Virus record (IMG/VR): IMGVR_UViG_3300045988_175715
Length of the DNA stretch: 41,252 nucleotides
Strand: one strand, 5' to 3'
Source of the DNA: a virus
Shown: positions 1 through 10,087 of the stretch, one piece after another
How positions within the stretch are numbered: position 1 is the stretch's first letter
Layout of the letters: each line of letters begins with the position of its first letter
Position numbers and translations under genes: made by a program
The notes under the pieces: model-generated
The model's input: only the letters and a program-made list of their open reading frames with translations
The model's database searches: none
Told to the model about the DNA's origin: nothing

Positions 1-119
1 ATGTTCGTTAGCGCCGTGTCAGGCAACACCCTGACTGTCGTTCGTGGCTTTGCTGAATCGACGGCCGCCGCAGTAACTCAGAATGACGAACTGCTTTACT
101 TGGGTACTGCCAAAAAAGA
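1..119. repeat. 119-bp exact direct repeat with 41134..41252. This is a terminal overlap of a circular or terminally redundant genome, most likely produced by circular-contig assembly.
   Basis: The first 119 bases (atgttcgttagcgccgtgtcaggcaac...ctgccaaaaaaga) are identical to the last 119 bases of the window. The repeat falls inside one continuous capsid ORF. Confidence 0.9.
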
Positions 120-855
120 GGGTTCGTTGGCGCCGAATCCTAAGTACCGCCGTGGCGTTCCTCGTATGAATTACAGCCAGATTTTCCGCAATGGCTGGGG
201 CACGACTCGTACGGCTGCGCACATTAAGTTCATCACTGGAAACAAGGCAACGGAGAACAAAGAAGATGCCGTGTCAATGCACGCGCAGGACATCGAAATG
301 GCTTTGCTGCTTGGCCGCAAATCTCTCAATCAGGTTGACGGCTCCGAAGTGCTGAGCACGATGGACGGCTTGATGAGCATTGTTAAGAATAACACTGCAT
401 TGGCCGCCGCTGCAACTTTGGACTCAATTCAGGAATGGATGTACAGTAACTTCGAGACCTGCCCTGAGGGCGTTCCTAATGAACGTGTCGTTATGACCTC
501 TCTCAATGTACTTTATATTCTCAACAAGCTCATTAGAGATGCCGGCAGCTCGTATTACCCGATTGGGACTGCGACTAAAGTATACGGCCTCGACGTGTAC
601 GCACTTCAGTTGCCGGGAATGCAGGAAGTTAAGATTCTTGCTCACCCGCTGTTCAGCCAGACTGAGTCGCTTAGCAAGTCGATGCTGATTTACCACCCGG
701 GCTTGATTAAGATTGGTTATATGACCGACGCCGAAATCAAGGATGCGACTCCGGTAGGTATGGACGGTCAGGCCAACGTAATTACCTCTGAGCTCACTCT
801 TGAGTATGCAGATGAAAATACCGGAGGCGTTCTCAGTAACATCTATCTGGAGTAA
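1..855 (+). CDS. Major capsid protein, 3' portion. It belongs to the same gene as 40837..41252.
   Basis: 284-codon ORF with no ribosome-binding site of its own. The gene order terminase-portal-scaffold-capsid supports the call. No capsid motif was verified. Confidence 0.6.
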   Translation: MFVSAVSGNTLTVVRGFAESTAAAVTQNDELLYLGTAKKEGSLAPNPKYRRGVPRMNYSQIFRNGWGTTRTAAHIKFITGNKATENKEDAVSMHAQDIEMALLLGRKSLNQVDGSEVLSTMDGLMSIVKNNTALAAAATLDSIQEWMYSNFETCPEGVPNERVVMTSLNVLYILNKLIRDAGSSYYPIGTATKVYGLDVYALQLPGMQEVKILAHPLFSQTESLSKSMLIYHPGLIKIGYMTDAEIKDATPVGMDGQANVITSELTLEYADENTGGVLSNIYLE

Positions 856-860
856 CGATT

Positions 861-1178
861 ATGCAATGTGTAATTAGGGTTTACAATAAGAACCTACGTA
901 GCCTCATTACTTCCAAAGGCCACATTAAGTTGGCAAATGGTATCGGTTTCATTGAGTTGGAATCAGACGAAGAAGTCGGGCCGTTTTCCAAGGAGCTGTC
1001 TAAATTTGCTGCTGTTGAGGCAATTAAGTCTGAAGAAGAAAAGCAGCAGGCAAATGACGAAGCGGCCAAGGGACAGGATGAAGGCAATGAACTTGGCACT
1101 GGCAATGTGGGCTCGGCGCAGTCGTTTAACTTTAATAACTTAGTTAAGGGCTCGAATCCGTTGCCGTCTGTTAAGTAA
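861..1178 (+). CDS. Small acidic protein of 105 aa. Possibly a capsid decoration or head-associated protein.
   Basis: ORF lies immediately after the capsid gene. It is rich in Glu/Asp/Lys and is followed by a rho-independent terminator. Confidence 0.45.
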   Translation: MQCVIRVYNKNLRSLITSKGHIKLANGIGFIELESDEEVGPFSKELSKFAAVEAIKSEEEKQQANDEAAKGQDEGNELGTGNVGSAQSFNFNNLVKGSNPLPSVK

Positions 1179-1191
1179 CAAAGGTAATTAA

Positions 1192-1225
1192 AGCCCTGAG
1201 GCAGAAATGCCTTGGGGCTTTTTTC
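1192..1225 (+). terminator. Rho-independent terminator closing the scaffold-capsid cassette
   Basis: agccctgaggca-gaaa-tgccttggggct forms a roughly 12-bp imperfect stem and is followed by tttttt. Confidence 0.7.
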
Positions 1226-1243
1226 GTATGAAAGGTAATTGAG

Positions 1244-1993
1244 ATGTTTAGTCAAATTGTAGATGATGTCTGTGAACTGTCAAATAGAATTGATATGCGC
1301 GACATTGTTGTTAAGTTGGCTCAGGGAATTATCTCAAGGATTCACAGTAAGCAGTATTTTCAAAGTGATTTGAAGCAGCTTGAATTGACACCTGATACGC
1401 CTAACTTGGAACTTCAAAGTGCCTCAAAGTGGGTATGGAAGCGCAATCCAGATGTAAGGTTAATTAACTCTGTCTGCTACAAGCCGCTTGGATTATACCC
1501 GCCAAACAATCAGCCTAGTGTTGGGCAGAACTTACTTAACAACTACTGGTACAAAGTGGGCGAGAAGTATGTCTTTGTCTTCGGTAGTGGGCAGAATGTT
1601 CTAGGTGAAATTTACGGCTTACCTGTTAATGAAGAGCCGACGTCAATTGAGATAACATATTATAGCTTCCCAAAGAAGTTCGAATATATACCAGAAGCTG
1701 AGCGACTTGTTAAATACGATTGGTTGTCTAATGAGTGGCTAGTTAGAGAAGATGTCCAAAGCGACGAATGGAAGGCGCTTGACTTGGAAGAAGTTAATGA
1801 ACGAGAGGAAGAATTGGCGGCTTACGGAAACTGGCTTCTCAGGGATTACAAGGACGTGGTAATTTCTGGAACGCTAAGTAAGTTGTATGGCTTGCTTGAC
1901 GACTCCGAGCGATTCAAGCGTGAATTCGCCGAGTTCAACCAGCTGTTTGCTGTACTTGTTCAGAACGAGCGCTACGCTAACTTTGGGTATTAG
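1244..1993 (+). CDS. Hypothetical virion protein of 249 aa. Possibly a head-tail connector or adaptor.
   Basis: ORF with ribosome-binding site AAAGGTAATTGAG-ATG. It lies in the structural module. Confidence 0.4.
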   Translation: MFSQIVDDVCELSNRIDMRDIVVKLAQGIISRIHSKQYFQSDLKQLELTPDTPNLELQSASKWVWKRNPDVRLINSVCYKPLGLYPPNNQPSVGQNLLNNYWYKVGEKYVFVFGSGQNVLGEIYGLPVNEEPTSIEITYYSFPKKFEYIPEAERLVKYDWLSNEWLVREDVQSDEWKALDLEEVNEREEELAAYGNWLLRDYKDVVISGTLSKLYGLLDDSERFKREFAEFNQLFAVLVQNERYANFGY

Positions 1994-2009
1994 AGGGGAG
2001 GTAATTGAG

Positions 2010-2156
2010 ATGGCTGATGTAAAAACGCTCCAATTACCTCTCTACGAGGAAGAGAGCAATGATTTAATAGAGCAACTTAATTATAACTTGCAGATAATCG
2101 AAGAGCGGTTGCGGGCCCTCGAAGAAGCTGCGGGCGTTAATCAGAATGGAGGTTAA
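2010..2156 (+). CDS. Small hypothetical protein of 48 aa
   Basis: Internal ATG at 2010 has a strong ribosome-binding site (GGGGAGGTAATTGAG). The upstream part of the listed ORF overlaps the previous gene. Confidence 0.4.
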   Translation: MADVKTLQLPLYEEESNDLIEQLNYNLQIIEERLRALEEAAGVNQNGG

Positions 2157-2161
2157 TTGAG

Positions 2162-2653
2162 ATGGAATTTTCAGCAGAGAAAAGTAAGTGCGGCAGCAAG
2201 AAAGGCGGCCGTAAAAAATTGTTTGGCGGCACTTATGTTTTTGAGGGTGCTACAGTACCCAATATGGTAAGTGGCACACTCGAGGAAGAAGTGCTTAAAG
2301 CTATGTTTAAGGGACAGCGGACTATAACAGCTGTTACAATTAAGTTAGGCCAGATATCCGAGGCCTTTGACAAGACCACGGAGTTAAGTGACATTGTTGA
2401 GTCAACTAACTACACCCCTGTAACCCTTACAGTACCTTCCACCTCAGATTGGGATGTGCTTCAAGATGAGTCGCTGGCGTGGTCCATAAAGACCCGTCAA
2501 TTAACTTTCACAGTTTCCGGCGGCGACTGCCAGTACAACTGTTACTATATGGTTGACCAGGAAGGCAACTTGCTTAGCGTCAGCGCTAAATTAGCTAATG
2601 TAATCACAAAGACGGTAGACTTTACAGGATACTATAAGTTCTACTGCTTGTAA
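2162..2653 (+). CDS. Hypothetical virion protein of 163 aa
   Basis: ORF with ribosome-binding site GGAGGTTAATTGAG-ATG. Confidence 0.45.
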   Translation: MEFSAEKSKCGSKKGGRKKLFGGTYVFEGATVPNMVSGTLEEEVLKAMFKGQRTITAVTIKLGQISEAFDKTTELSDIVESTNYTPVTLTVPSTSDWDVLQDESLAWSIKTRQLTFTVSGGDCQYNCYYMVDQEGNLLSVSAKLANVITKTVDFTGYYKFYCL

Positions 2654-2670
2654 CCTAAGGAGGCCGCAAT

Positions 2671-4500
2671 ATGGTTTCAATAGTTAATAAGAACTTATTG
2701 ATATTCAATCCTAATATAACCTATGATAGAGTCGAAGGCAATCAACTTAACATAACAGACGGCTCGAACATTATCCCGACATACAATGGATACTCGACTG
2801 GCCTTGGCTACAAGCCGCTGTTTTTTATGCCTTACTCAAGGAACGTCGAGCTGAAAAAGGTAGTCGATTTACAGGATGATGCTGGGAAGTTAATTATCAC
2901 AAACAAGTACATTTACCGGTACTCAGCCACCACAGGCGATGGAACAGTGCTGTTGATGTTAAGCAGCGATGCCGAAAATGTGAGTGTAGATTACATTGGC
3001 GCCTACTACTACATCTTGTGCGACCAAGTGCTGTTTAAGTATGACCACTTAATTAACTCCATCACCCAAATCAGCCCCACGGGCTTCCCTCAGAGTGCCA
3101 AGTTCATCTGTGCGACGAATAACAGGTTAATTGCCCTGAGTGATGATGTCATCGCTTGGAGCGCTGTTGGCAATGGAGATGACTTCCAGCCGAGTACAAC
3201 TACTGGAGCCGGTTTTCAGAGTCTGGACTCACTTAGCACTGGTAAGGGAATTGCCTTGGCTAAGAAGAAAAACGGCTTTCTGGTGTTCACATCGGACAAC
3301 GTAATTAGCGCCACCGAGCTGAACACGGCATTGGTTTACAATTTCAAGGAAGCCAGTAAGCATCGGATTCTCAATCGAGACTGCTGCTTAACTAGCACCT
3401 TTGGCATTGTCTACTTCATTGACTCAGACAAGAACCTCTACAGCTACGAGGATTTGGGCTCACTGGGTTCCGGTGGGTTCAAGGTCGTAAATGAGATGTT
3501 AATTGACTATTTCAACTCAATCGACATCGACATCGAATACCTAGACTTGTTGGAAACTCGCTACCTTGTAGTTAATTACTATGGAAACATACTTGGCATT
3601 GACTTGTTGCTTGGGCGCGTTTTCAAGGTACAGCACGCATTAACTGCTGTTCGTGGTTTCAACTTCATTAACTTCCAGCACTTCTGGAACTTCGAGTACC
3701 GCAGTGCTTATAATACAGAATTTAATGAAATAAGCTACTACGGCAACAGGCTGCACGTTGAGTCAATTGGAAGCTTGTCCGCAGAGCAGCCTGACACAAT
3801 GTGTGCTTCAATTAACCTCTATGCAGAATTGCCGCTCGCTGATGCCGTCATAACGCATTTAGTTGATAAACTCGAGCCTGAGTTCAATAAGCTGGAACTG
3901 CCATTACCAGCAGTATTCGATGAAGACTTGAATGGCAGCTTGCTCGATGAAGACCTAAATGACAGTGATTTTGATGTTGACCTGAATGATTATGACAATA
4001 CGTGGAGCAGCGGCTTTGAATTAAGTTGCGGCTTTGAAACAGATGTGTATCAGCAAGCAAAGCGGATCGACAAAGTGGACGCGTTTTTTGAGTTCAACTC
4101 AATTAGCTTCGCACCAGAAATCCCCATCGAGTGCACTACGGTAATAACTCGAGTTGACACTAATATGTCAAGTAACAGGAAGGAGTTCATTTGGGACTGT
4201 CAGCTTCAAGCGCCCCAGCTTGACTGCGCAGTCACCCAGGAACCTGACTTCGAGTGGAACCAGAACATATCAATGGGGTATGATGTGTCAATTACCTTGA
4301 CATCTTCAACTGACGCCTACGGAAACTTGCCACATCACAAGGTGTTAATTGAGGACAAATACTTCGTTGGGCGCCGCCTTGTAGGCAACATCTACAACAC
4401 TGGCGTTTACCACATGCTCAATTATGCTGTAAAAGGCTTTTGTGAGATAACAGGGATACAATTTAACTTATTTAAGGGAGGTCTTATTTATGACAGATAG
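2671..4500 (+). CDS. Large virion structural protein of 609 aa. Possibly a tail tube or nozzle component.
   Basis: ORF with ribosome-binding site AAGGAGG. It lies in the structural block and ends in an acidic D/E/N-rich repeat segment. Confidence 0.5.
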   Translation: MVSIVNKNLLIFNPNITYDRVEGNQLNITDGSNIIPTYNGYSTGLGYKPLFFMPYSRNVELKKVVDLQDDAGKLIITNKYIYRYSATTGDGTVLLMLSSDAENVSVDYIGAYYYILCDQVLFKYDHLINSITQISPTGFPQSAKFICATNNRLIALSDDVIAWSAVGNGDDFQPSTTTGAGFQSLDSLSTGKGIALAKKKNGFLVFTSDNVISATELNTALVYNFKEASKHRILNRDCCLTSTFGIVYFIDSDKNLYSYEDLGSLGSGGFKVVNEMLIDYFNSIDIDIEYLDLLETRYLVVNYYGNILGIDLLLGRVFKVQHALTAVRGFNFINFQHFWNFEYRSAYNTEFNEISYYGNRLHVESIGSLSAEQPDTMCASINLYAELPLADAVITHLVDKLEPEFNKLELPLPAVFDEDLNGSLLDEDLNDSDFDVDLNDYDNTWSSGFELSCGFETDVYQQAKRIDKVDAFFEFNSISFAPEIPIECTTVITRVDTNMSSNRKEFIWDCQLQAPQLDCAVTQEPDFEWNQNISMGYDVSITLTSSTDAYGNLPHHKVLIEDKYFVGRRLVGNIYNTGVYHMLNYAVKGFCEITGIQFNLFKGGLIYDR

Positions 4501-5770
4501 ATTACCTAATAGTGATTACCAAGGCCGAATTTCGCAGTTGGGCTCCGGTAACTTGGAAGAAATCAATGCAGTTTATAACCCTCGAGAGTTCTTCGTTGAC
4601 ACTCGAAACTGGACAGTGGCAATTCACGATGGTGCGACTCCGGGAGGTCATTGGCTTGCTCGGGCCGATTTTAGTAATGTAGCTTCATCTGATATTATCA
4701 ACCAGCTTGAGAATATTCCTGTAACTAAGTTGGCCTTAAACACCTACGAAGGAACTTTCATTAGCGAGGGCGGCAACGATGTGCTGTCCGGAAATAACCC
4801 TCAATTAGCAAAGGTGTCGCTGGGCGGCGCCGCTGCAGTTGACTCAAGTGGGTTCATTTTTTGCCAAGATGCTTCAAATGCTAACTTAAGTAACTTCGCT
4901 GGAAAACGGGTCGAAGCACCTTATGCCACATTCAATATGGTCAGCAATGTTACGCTGTCAAATGGAGCCGTTTTGCACTGTTTCAACTTAATTGGCTCTA
5001 GTGCGTACACCTTGACAATTGAAGCTGGCTGCAAGCTCATTGTTGATGGAACCATCAGCGGCACTGACTTCATTACCGGTGCTGGATCCGTCTACATAGG
5101 TGATTACACTGCCGCTTGCTTCAAAGATACTTTCCAGGGAGATTACTCAACCGGAAATTCTCAGCAGCCTATGTGGACTGCTTTCGAGTCGCTTAAGTAC
5201 TTGGAAGGCAATGGAGTTGTAACCTGCGATGGCGGCACCACGACTTTAACGGCTATGATGAACCCACTTAAAGCCCAGATGCAGCTTTACTTGGATTCAG
5301 GTGGCACTAAGGGAGTGGCTACTAAGACTCGTAGCGCAACATCTAATGGAACTGTAAAAGGAAGTTACTTTATTTGGGATAAAGGAGCCTCAACTTGTGT
5401 TCGGCCGTTAATTAGGTCGACCTCAGCAAATGGCGCCCCGAACTACTCCTCTGAATTGTACAACGGAATATTGTTTACCAGTAATAAGTCGTGGAGTCAG
5501 CCAGTCTTCATTAGCGCTACTGCCGCAGGGCCAGGTGGCTCAACAGCCAGCATAATTATCTCTGCCCCAAATGGTACTCAATTAGAGAACCACCTGTTTT
5601 ACGGCCACTTCACTGGAAGTAGCTCGGGTTGCTCGAGCGGCCAATTCATTATTCCGGCTAATTATCGCGTCCGGTTTAATAAGAATGGTTTGGCTTACAG
5701 AGATAATTGTGTGGTTTGGGGCTACAACCAAAGTAGCTTCAGCAACTTTATGCGTATGCGGATTTATTAA
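4490..5770 (+). CDS. Putative tail fiber or tailspike-like protein of 426 aa
   Basis: Ribosome-binding site GGGAGG. The protein is rich in Gly/Ser/Thr/Asn and has repetitive beta-strand-like segments typical of fibre or spike proteins. Confidence 0.4.
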   Translation: MTDRLPNSDYQGRISQLGSGNLEEINAVYNPREFFVDTRNWTVAIHDGATPGGHWLARADFSNVASSDIINQLENIPVTKLALNTYEGTFISEGGNDVLSGNNPQLAKVSLGGAAAVDSSGFIFCQDASNANLSNFAGKRVEAPYATFNMVSNVTLSNGAVLHCFNLIGSSAYTLTIEAGCKLIVDGTISGTDFITGAGSVYIGDYTAACFKDTFQGDYSTGNSQQPMWTAFESLKYLEGNGVVTCDGGTTTLTAMMNPLKAQMQLYLDSGGTKGVATKTRSATSNGTVKGSYFIWDKGASTCVRPLIRSTSANGAPNYSSELYNGILFTSNKSWSQPVFISATAAGPGGSTASIIISAPNGTQLENHLFYGHFTGSSSGCSSGQFIIPANYRVRFNKNGLAYRDNCVVWGYNQSSFSNFMRMRIY

Positions 5771-5794
5771 ACTTAATTGACGAAAGGATAGAAA

Positions 5795-7843
5795 ATGAGC
5801 AAAGGCGTTTTACGAATTGCTAATGTTACTGGAGAAGGTGTTGACTACAATGACCGTGAAATCAGCACTGAAACCGGCCAGACGCTTAGCGTTTATTTGA
5901 ACAATGCCCGGATTGACTTGGCTCGTGCTGATATGAATAACGTGGCGGCTGACGCTGTTAGGAGTAAAGTAGCAGACGAACTTCAGGAACTTGAAGACGA
6001 GCTGTCGGCTGTTACTGCAGAGTCTGGTGCAAATGCAGCTACGTTGCCGAAAAAGAAGGACTTGTTAATTGGGTTGACCAAACCCTATACGGCCGATATT
6101 GTCACGGTCAGCTCGACTAATACCATCTTACTTAAGTCCTTCCAGTGGTTTAACGGCACGGACTTGGTGCAACATCAGGAAGAAACTGTTACAATCGGTC
6201 CCGAATATGCAGGCCAAGTTGTTTATGCTGGACTTAATGAAAGCGGCATCGGGGAAATAAGTACATCAGATTACGACATCTACTTAGCCCTGTGCAACAT
6301 CTATGTTAATGCAGATGGCGACTTAACGGCCTCGGAGCTTTCAGTGCGGCCGTTTTTGGCTGATTCAAGTACATTTGGCCGCGACCACCCTATAATGGTA
6401 GTTAACTTCGCTGCTCAAGTAACTTCCTCAGATTCGGCCAAGGGCTTGAGCTGCCAAAGTTTCGACTTAATTAAAGAAGGTATCAACTACGCCGGTAATT
6501 CGCAGCGGCCTGACCGCAAGCTGTTTCCTGCTATGCCGTCAATTAACTTCAAATATTACTACCCTAATTATGACCATGACGGCGAAACGGCTCAACCTAA
6601 CATTCAACCTTACTACTACAATACAACAACGAGCACGAAAACTCTGCTTGACTTAAGTAATGGTACTAGTAAATTTGTGGTCTTCAGGTTGGTGTTAATT
6701 GAAACTGGCCAAATCCTCCTGTTGCTTCAGCAAGTTTCGGACGAAAGCCAGCTATTCACTTCAGTACAAGAAGCGGAGCTTGGCTTGAAAGACCTTAATT
6801 GGAACTTAAGTCAGTTAAGCAGCCGCGCAATTTACCTCGACCAGTTCATTGTGTGTTCTGCTGACTTAACTATCTGCCAGATGGCCAATGTTGCTGAAGT
6901 CAGTAATTCGCAGAATATCACGATTAACCAACTTGTTTATGGTGTACTTGATTCAGTGTCACAAGTGCCAAACACAGTTGAGGAGTTTTCTGCAGTATTC
7001 TCTGGATTAACTCCGGTAGTTGGCGGGTGGTTTTTTGTGAAAGGTTCTCAAGTAATGCTCCCTCCAGGTACGTTAGCTGATGGTGGATTATATATGTATC
7101 GTATTAAGTCTATAATCTCAAGTAACATACAATATGATTCTTGGCAAATGGCTTCACGAGATTACGCTACTAATCAAGCTTACTATGTTTCTCAGTATTC
7201 AGCACCTTACATTGCTGTTGCTGATGGTTCAATCGGAATCGGAAGTACATTTATCGGTCAAGTTACAATAGAGCCTAAAGTTAATAACGTTTATGCTAAA
7301 TACACTTTATCAGATTCATCTGGTTGGCCCTTGATTGACTCTAATGGTTCTCTCGCTGTAGCATTAGCTGGCTGGACTGAGGGTATGCCATTTAATGCCA
7401 AGATGCTCTGCGCCGCAACTGAGAAAGTGATGTCAAGGAACTCTCAAATTAGTGCTGCGGATAATGCTGTGGTTACACTTGATAACCAGATTAAGCACTA
7501 TACAATTAGAGTAACTCATATGGCCGGCAGCGCTAAATTGCCTGTTGCTATCACAGTTCCGGCTGGCATTCCGGATGATGCGGTAATTACCTTTGAGCTG
7601 TTAATTGACTGCTCTGACTCAAGCTACGGCTCGCTGGTAACCGGCGTCGAATTTACAATTAACGGCTCAGCTGTTACACCTTACTGGATTGACAGCTCTG
7701 AGGGTACATTCCAAGAGTCGAGTGCTCCATATAAGTTAATTGCCTTGCGGCGTTCATTTAGGTATAATTCGACGGCGGCTCTTCCGGGCTACGAGCCTCA
7801 ATGGATAGCTAACATCGAAGCCGAATATGACACCACGGCGTAA
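5795..7843 (+). CDS. Putative tail fiber or receptor-binding protein of 682 aa, with a low-GC internal segment
   Basis: Ribosome-binding site AAAGGA. GC content drops sharply at about 7080-7500 inside the gene. Confidence 0.4.
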   Translation: MSKGVLRIANVTGEGVDYNDREISTETGQTLSVYLNNARIDLARADMNNVAADAVRSKVADELQELEDELSAVTAESGANAATLPKKKDLLIGLTKPYTADIVTVSSTNTILLKSFQWFNGTDLVQHQEETVTIGPEYAGQVVYAGLNESGIGEISTSDYDIYLALCNIYVNADGDLTASELSVRPFLADSSTFGRDHPIMVVNFAAQVTSSDSAKGLSCQSFDLIKEGINYAGNSQRPDRKLFPAMPSINFKYYYPNYDHDGETAQPNIQPYYYNTTTSTKTLLDLSNGTSKFVVFRLVLIETGQILLLLQQVSDESQLFTSVQEAELGLKDLNWNLSQLSSRAIYLDQFIVCSADLTICQMANVAEVSNSQNITINQLVYGVLDSVSQVPNTVEEFSAVFSGLTPVVGGWFFVKGSQVMLPPGTLADGGLYMYRIKSIISSNIQYDSWQMASRDYATNQAYYVSQYSAPYIAVADGSIGIGSTFIGQVTIEPKVNNVYAKYTLSDSSGWPLIDSNGSLAVALAGWTEGMPFNAKMLCAATEKVMSRNSQISAADNAVVTLDNQIKHYTIRVTHMAGSAKLPVAITVPAGIPDDAVITFELLIDCSDSSYGSLVTGVEFTINGSAVTPYWIDSSEGTFQESSAPYKLIALRRSFRYNSTAALPGYEPQWIANIEAEYDTTA

Positions 7844-7861
7844 ATTAGGAGGAATAAGTTA

Positions 7862-9418
7862 ATGGTGATAAGAACTTCATTAAGGCCCCTTGGAAAAGGG
7901 GCCTCGAATTTAGCCCCTCTTGAATGGTTCAATGGGCTTACTTTGACTTACCCAGATGAACCTCAGATGTCAAGTGAATATAATGCTGACCACGCAGGGC
8001 GGTCAATTTACAATCCTTATATGCAAATGTATGAGGATAGGCTTCGTGGAAGATTCCTAAGTACTGGGCAAAATACATATAATTGTAGACAGAATTATTA
8101 CTTGAAGGGTGCTCTAAATGAAATACTGCCAGCTGGGCTGGTTCAATTTAGAAACATGATTAGGTTCAAAGGTTCTGGATTTACGGCTAATTCAAGTAAT
8201 GACGAGGAAGCTATTGACAGTGCCGAAATGATAAGTAACTTTAATTATCTTGATAGTCAATTAACTTTCGCTTCAAGCGAAAGTCCCGTAACTATTAAGG
8301 ATAATACGCCAGAAATGTTTGGCCCTGTTTATGAACCGGGGCAAAAACATTGGTATGCATCTACTTATTATGCTGATTCAGGCTTAAACCAAATTAACTT
8401 GCGGACCGCCAGAGATTCTTCAAGTAACCCTGAGCAGTGGGTCTTAATGAAGAGAGCATACAAAGCCGGAATTTCTAGGTTTAGCGGCGTTAGCCAAATT
8501 TACGGCCCATTTAGAAACAACACTACAATGCTGGGTGTTATTGCAAACAGAGTTAATGGGGTTCCCGGCTCAGAATCTCAATTAAGTGAGCATCATGGGC
8601 TTAAATCTGGTGGTTCTTATTCGACTGGAGGAAGTTGGGTATCGCAAGAAACAGCAATTAAGTTATATCTACATCGAGGCAGCAAGTCGAAATTTGGTGA
8701 AGCAACTCCATGGAGTTGCTCTTATCATTATGTTAATGGCTTATATGGTGCATTTTGCATTATGGTTGATATGTTCACGTATAATCAATTATCGCATTTT
8801 TATGCTGATTCACTTGATTATGCTAAAGTATCTTGGTCTGCCGGAACATCTGAGGAGAATATTGACGGAGTCATGTCAACTAATCAGACTTTTTGGGATG
8901 CTACTAATGAACAGAAAATCTCAATTTACGCCCCTTGGGCAATGAATAATTCAACACCTAATGATAGATTCTTAGCAGTACTAAGAACTAATTACACTGA
9001 TGCGCCACATACGTTACTTAGCTTAAATTACAATTTTCAGCCTCAACCTGGAAATACTATACCAAACAACAGGCTTAGCTTTACTAATACAGGCATAGCT
9101 GTAGCGGACAATTATAATAAAGTTATGTCACTTCATTCAATGGCTAATTACTTAATTGTCCAGAGAGCAGATTACTCAATTAGGTTGATTCAATTTACCG
9201 ACTCTGGAATTCCAAGTCATAATGTATATAAGGAATTTAAGCCGATTTTTGGCGGTTCAAGTAAATGGGCTGTTATTGGCTTCTTCCGCAATTATGTTTA
9301 CTTCGTGCAAATTAACAATCCTAATGAGCAGATGAGCCGAAATATGGATGAGAACAAGATTGCCTTGAATTCGAAGATTTGCCGCATTCATAGAGATAAG
9401 TTAATGAAGAAAGATTAA
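7862..9418 (+). CDS. Low-GC (~35%) virion or tail-associated protein of 518 aa. Probably part of a horizontally acquired host-recognition module.
   Basis: Ribosome-binding site AGGAGG. Composition is clearly AT-richer than its neighbours, and TTAATTAA is absent. Confidence 0.4.
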   Translation: MVIRTSLRPLGKGASNLAPLEWFNGLTLTYPDEPQMSSEYNADHAGRSIYNPYMQMYEDRLRGRFLSTGQNTYNCRQNYYLKGALNEILPAGLVQFRNMIRFKGSGFTANSSNDEEAIDSAEMISNFNYLDSQLTFASSESPVTIKDNTPEMFGPVYEPGQKHWYASTYYADSGLNQINLRTARDSSSNPEQWVLMKRAYKAGISRFSGVSQIYGPFRNNTTMLGVIANRVNGVPGSESQLSEHHGLKSGGSYSTGGSWVSQETAIKLYLHRGSKSKFGEATPWSCSYHYVNGLYGAFCIMVDMFTYNQLSHFYADSLDYAKVSWSAGTSEENIDGVMSTNQTFWDATNEQKISIYAPWAMNNSTPNDRFLAVLRTNYTDAPHTLLSLNYNFQPQPGNTIPNNRLSFTNTGIAVADNYNKVMSLHSMANYLIVQRADYSIRLIQFTDSGIPSHNVYKEFKPIFGGSSKWAVIGFFRNYVYFVQINNPNEQMSRNMDENKIALNSKICRIHRDKLMKKD

Positions 9419-9430
9419 GGAGGATTAAAG

Positions 9431-10009
9431 ATGATTAACATTATATGCTCAATTATCATTCTAACCCTATACGGGGCTTTAGTTAACCGGATTCGGGGCG
9501 GCCTTGAGCTACCTGGGTTAGGCGAGTTGCCACTTAATAAACTCTGGCAGCCACTCACGTATGGATTAACCATGGCGAATTTTGCTTCAAGCTACTGCCC
9601 CGAAGCTGTAAGCCCAATTACTTATGCAGTACTTAATTGCCTTACTATGTACCTCGGCCAGCAGATTTGTGGCTGGGGAACCTATATAGGTGAATTGACT
9701 ACGGGGCAGCAAAGCTCTCGTGAAGAGTGCCCTGCTATAGATGAGTTAATTAAGAACATAAGTTCACCGAGAGTTTATGGATTTTGCGGCTTGTGCCTTC
9801 GTGGCCTTGTCTGGACATTCTTAATTGGCTTACCCTTATACTCCATACCCCTGATGCTGTCTGGGCTGTTAATGGGCCCTGCATACCTAATTGCCACTTT
9901 GATTTGCCAAGCGCTTAATTGTGATGCGGGCAAAAACGCATGGAACTTAGGTGAGTGGGTTTGGGGCGGCCTACTTTGGTTCTGTATCGCATTAACTGCC
10001 ATAGTGTAG
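9431..10009 (+). CDS. Polytopic, Cys-rich membrane protein of 192 aa. Possibly related to lysis or superinfection.
   Basis: Ribosome-binding site AAGGAGG. There are at least four hydrophobic segments and the gene lies immediately upstream of the lysis cassette. Confidence 0.4.
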   Translation: MINIICSIIILTLYGALVNRIRGGLELPGLGELPLNKLWQPLTYGLTMANFASSYCPEAVSPITYAVLNCLTMYLGQQICGWGTYIGELTTGQQSSREECPAIDELIKNISSPRVYGFCGLCLRGLVWTFLIGLPLYSIPLMLSGLLMGPAYLIATLICQALNCDAGKNAWNLGEWVWGGLLWFCIALTAIV

Positions 10010-10022
10010 CTGAAGTGGCAAG

Positions 10023-10051
10023 TTGACATTTACACGAATTATTGGTACAAT
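10023..10051 (+). promoter_or_regulatory. Sigma70-type promoter for the lysis cassette. TTGACA, 17-nt spacer, TACAAT.
   Basis: ttgacatttacacgaattattggtacaat has consensus -35 and near-consensus -10 elements. It is followed by AAAGGA and the ATG at 10088. Confidence 0.65.
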
Positions 10052-10087
10052 TATTATGAGAGAAGCTAATTAAGAAAGGAATTTACA

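Noticed and set aside
840-1178. A programmed -1 frameshift extending the capsid protein into the 105-aa ORF, like T7 10A/10B, which lies in the -1 frame
   Set aside because: The -1 frame is closed by TAA at 837-839. No X_XXY_YYZ slippery heptamer lies between 840 and the capsid stop at 853-855. A ribosome-binding site and an independent ATG exist at 861.
8586-8945. 119-aa ORF inside the 518-aa gene, and other internal or antisense ORFs such as 14410..14742, 15857..16123, 36063..36399 and 37162..37617
   Set aside because: They are embedded in longer ORFs that have good ribosome-binding sites. They have no ribosome-binding sites of their own, and their composition is an artefact of the opposite or shifted frame.
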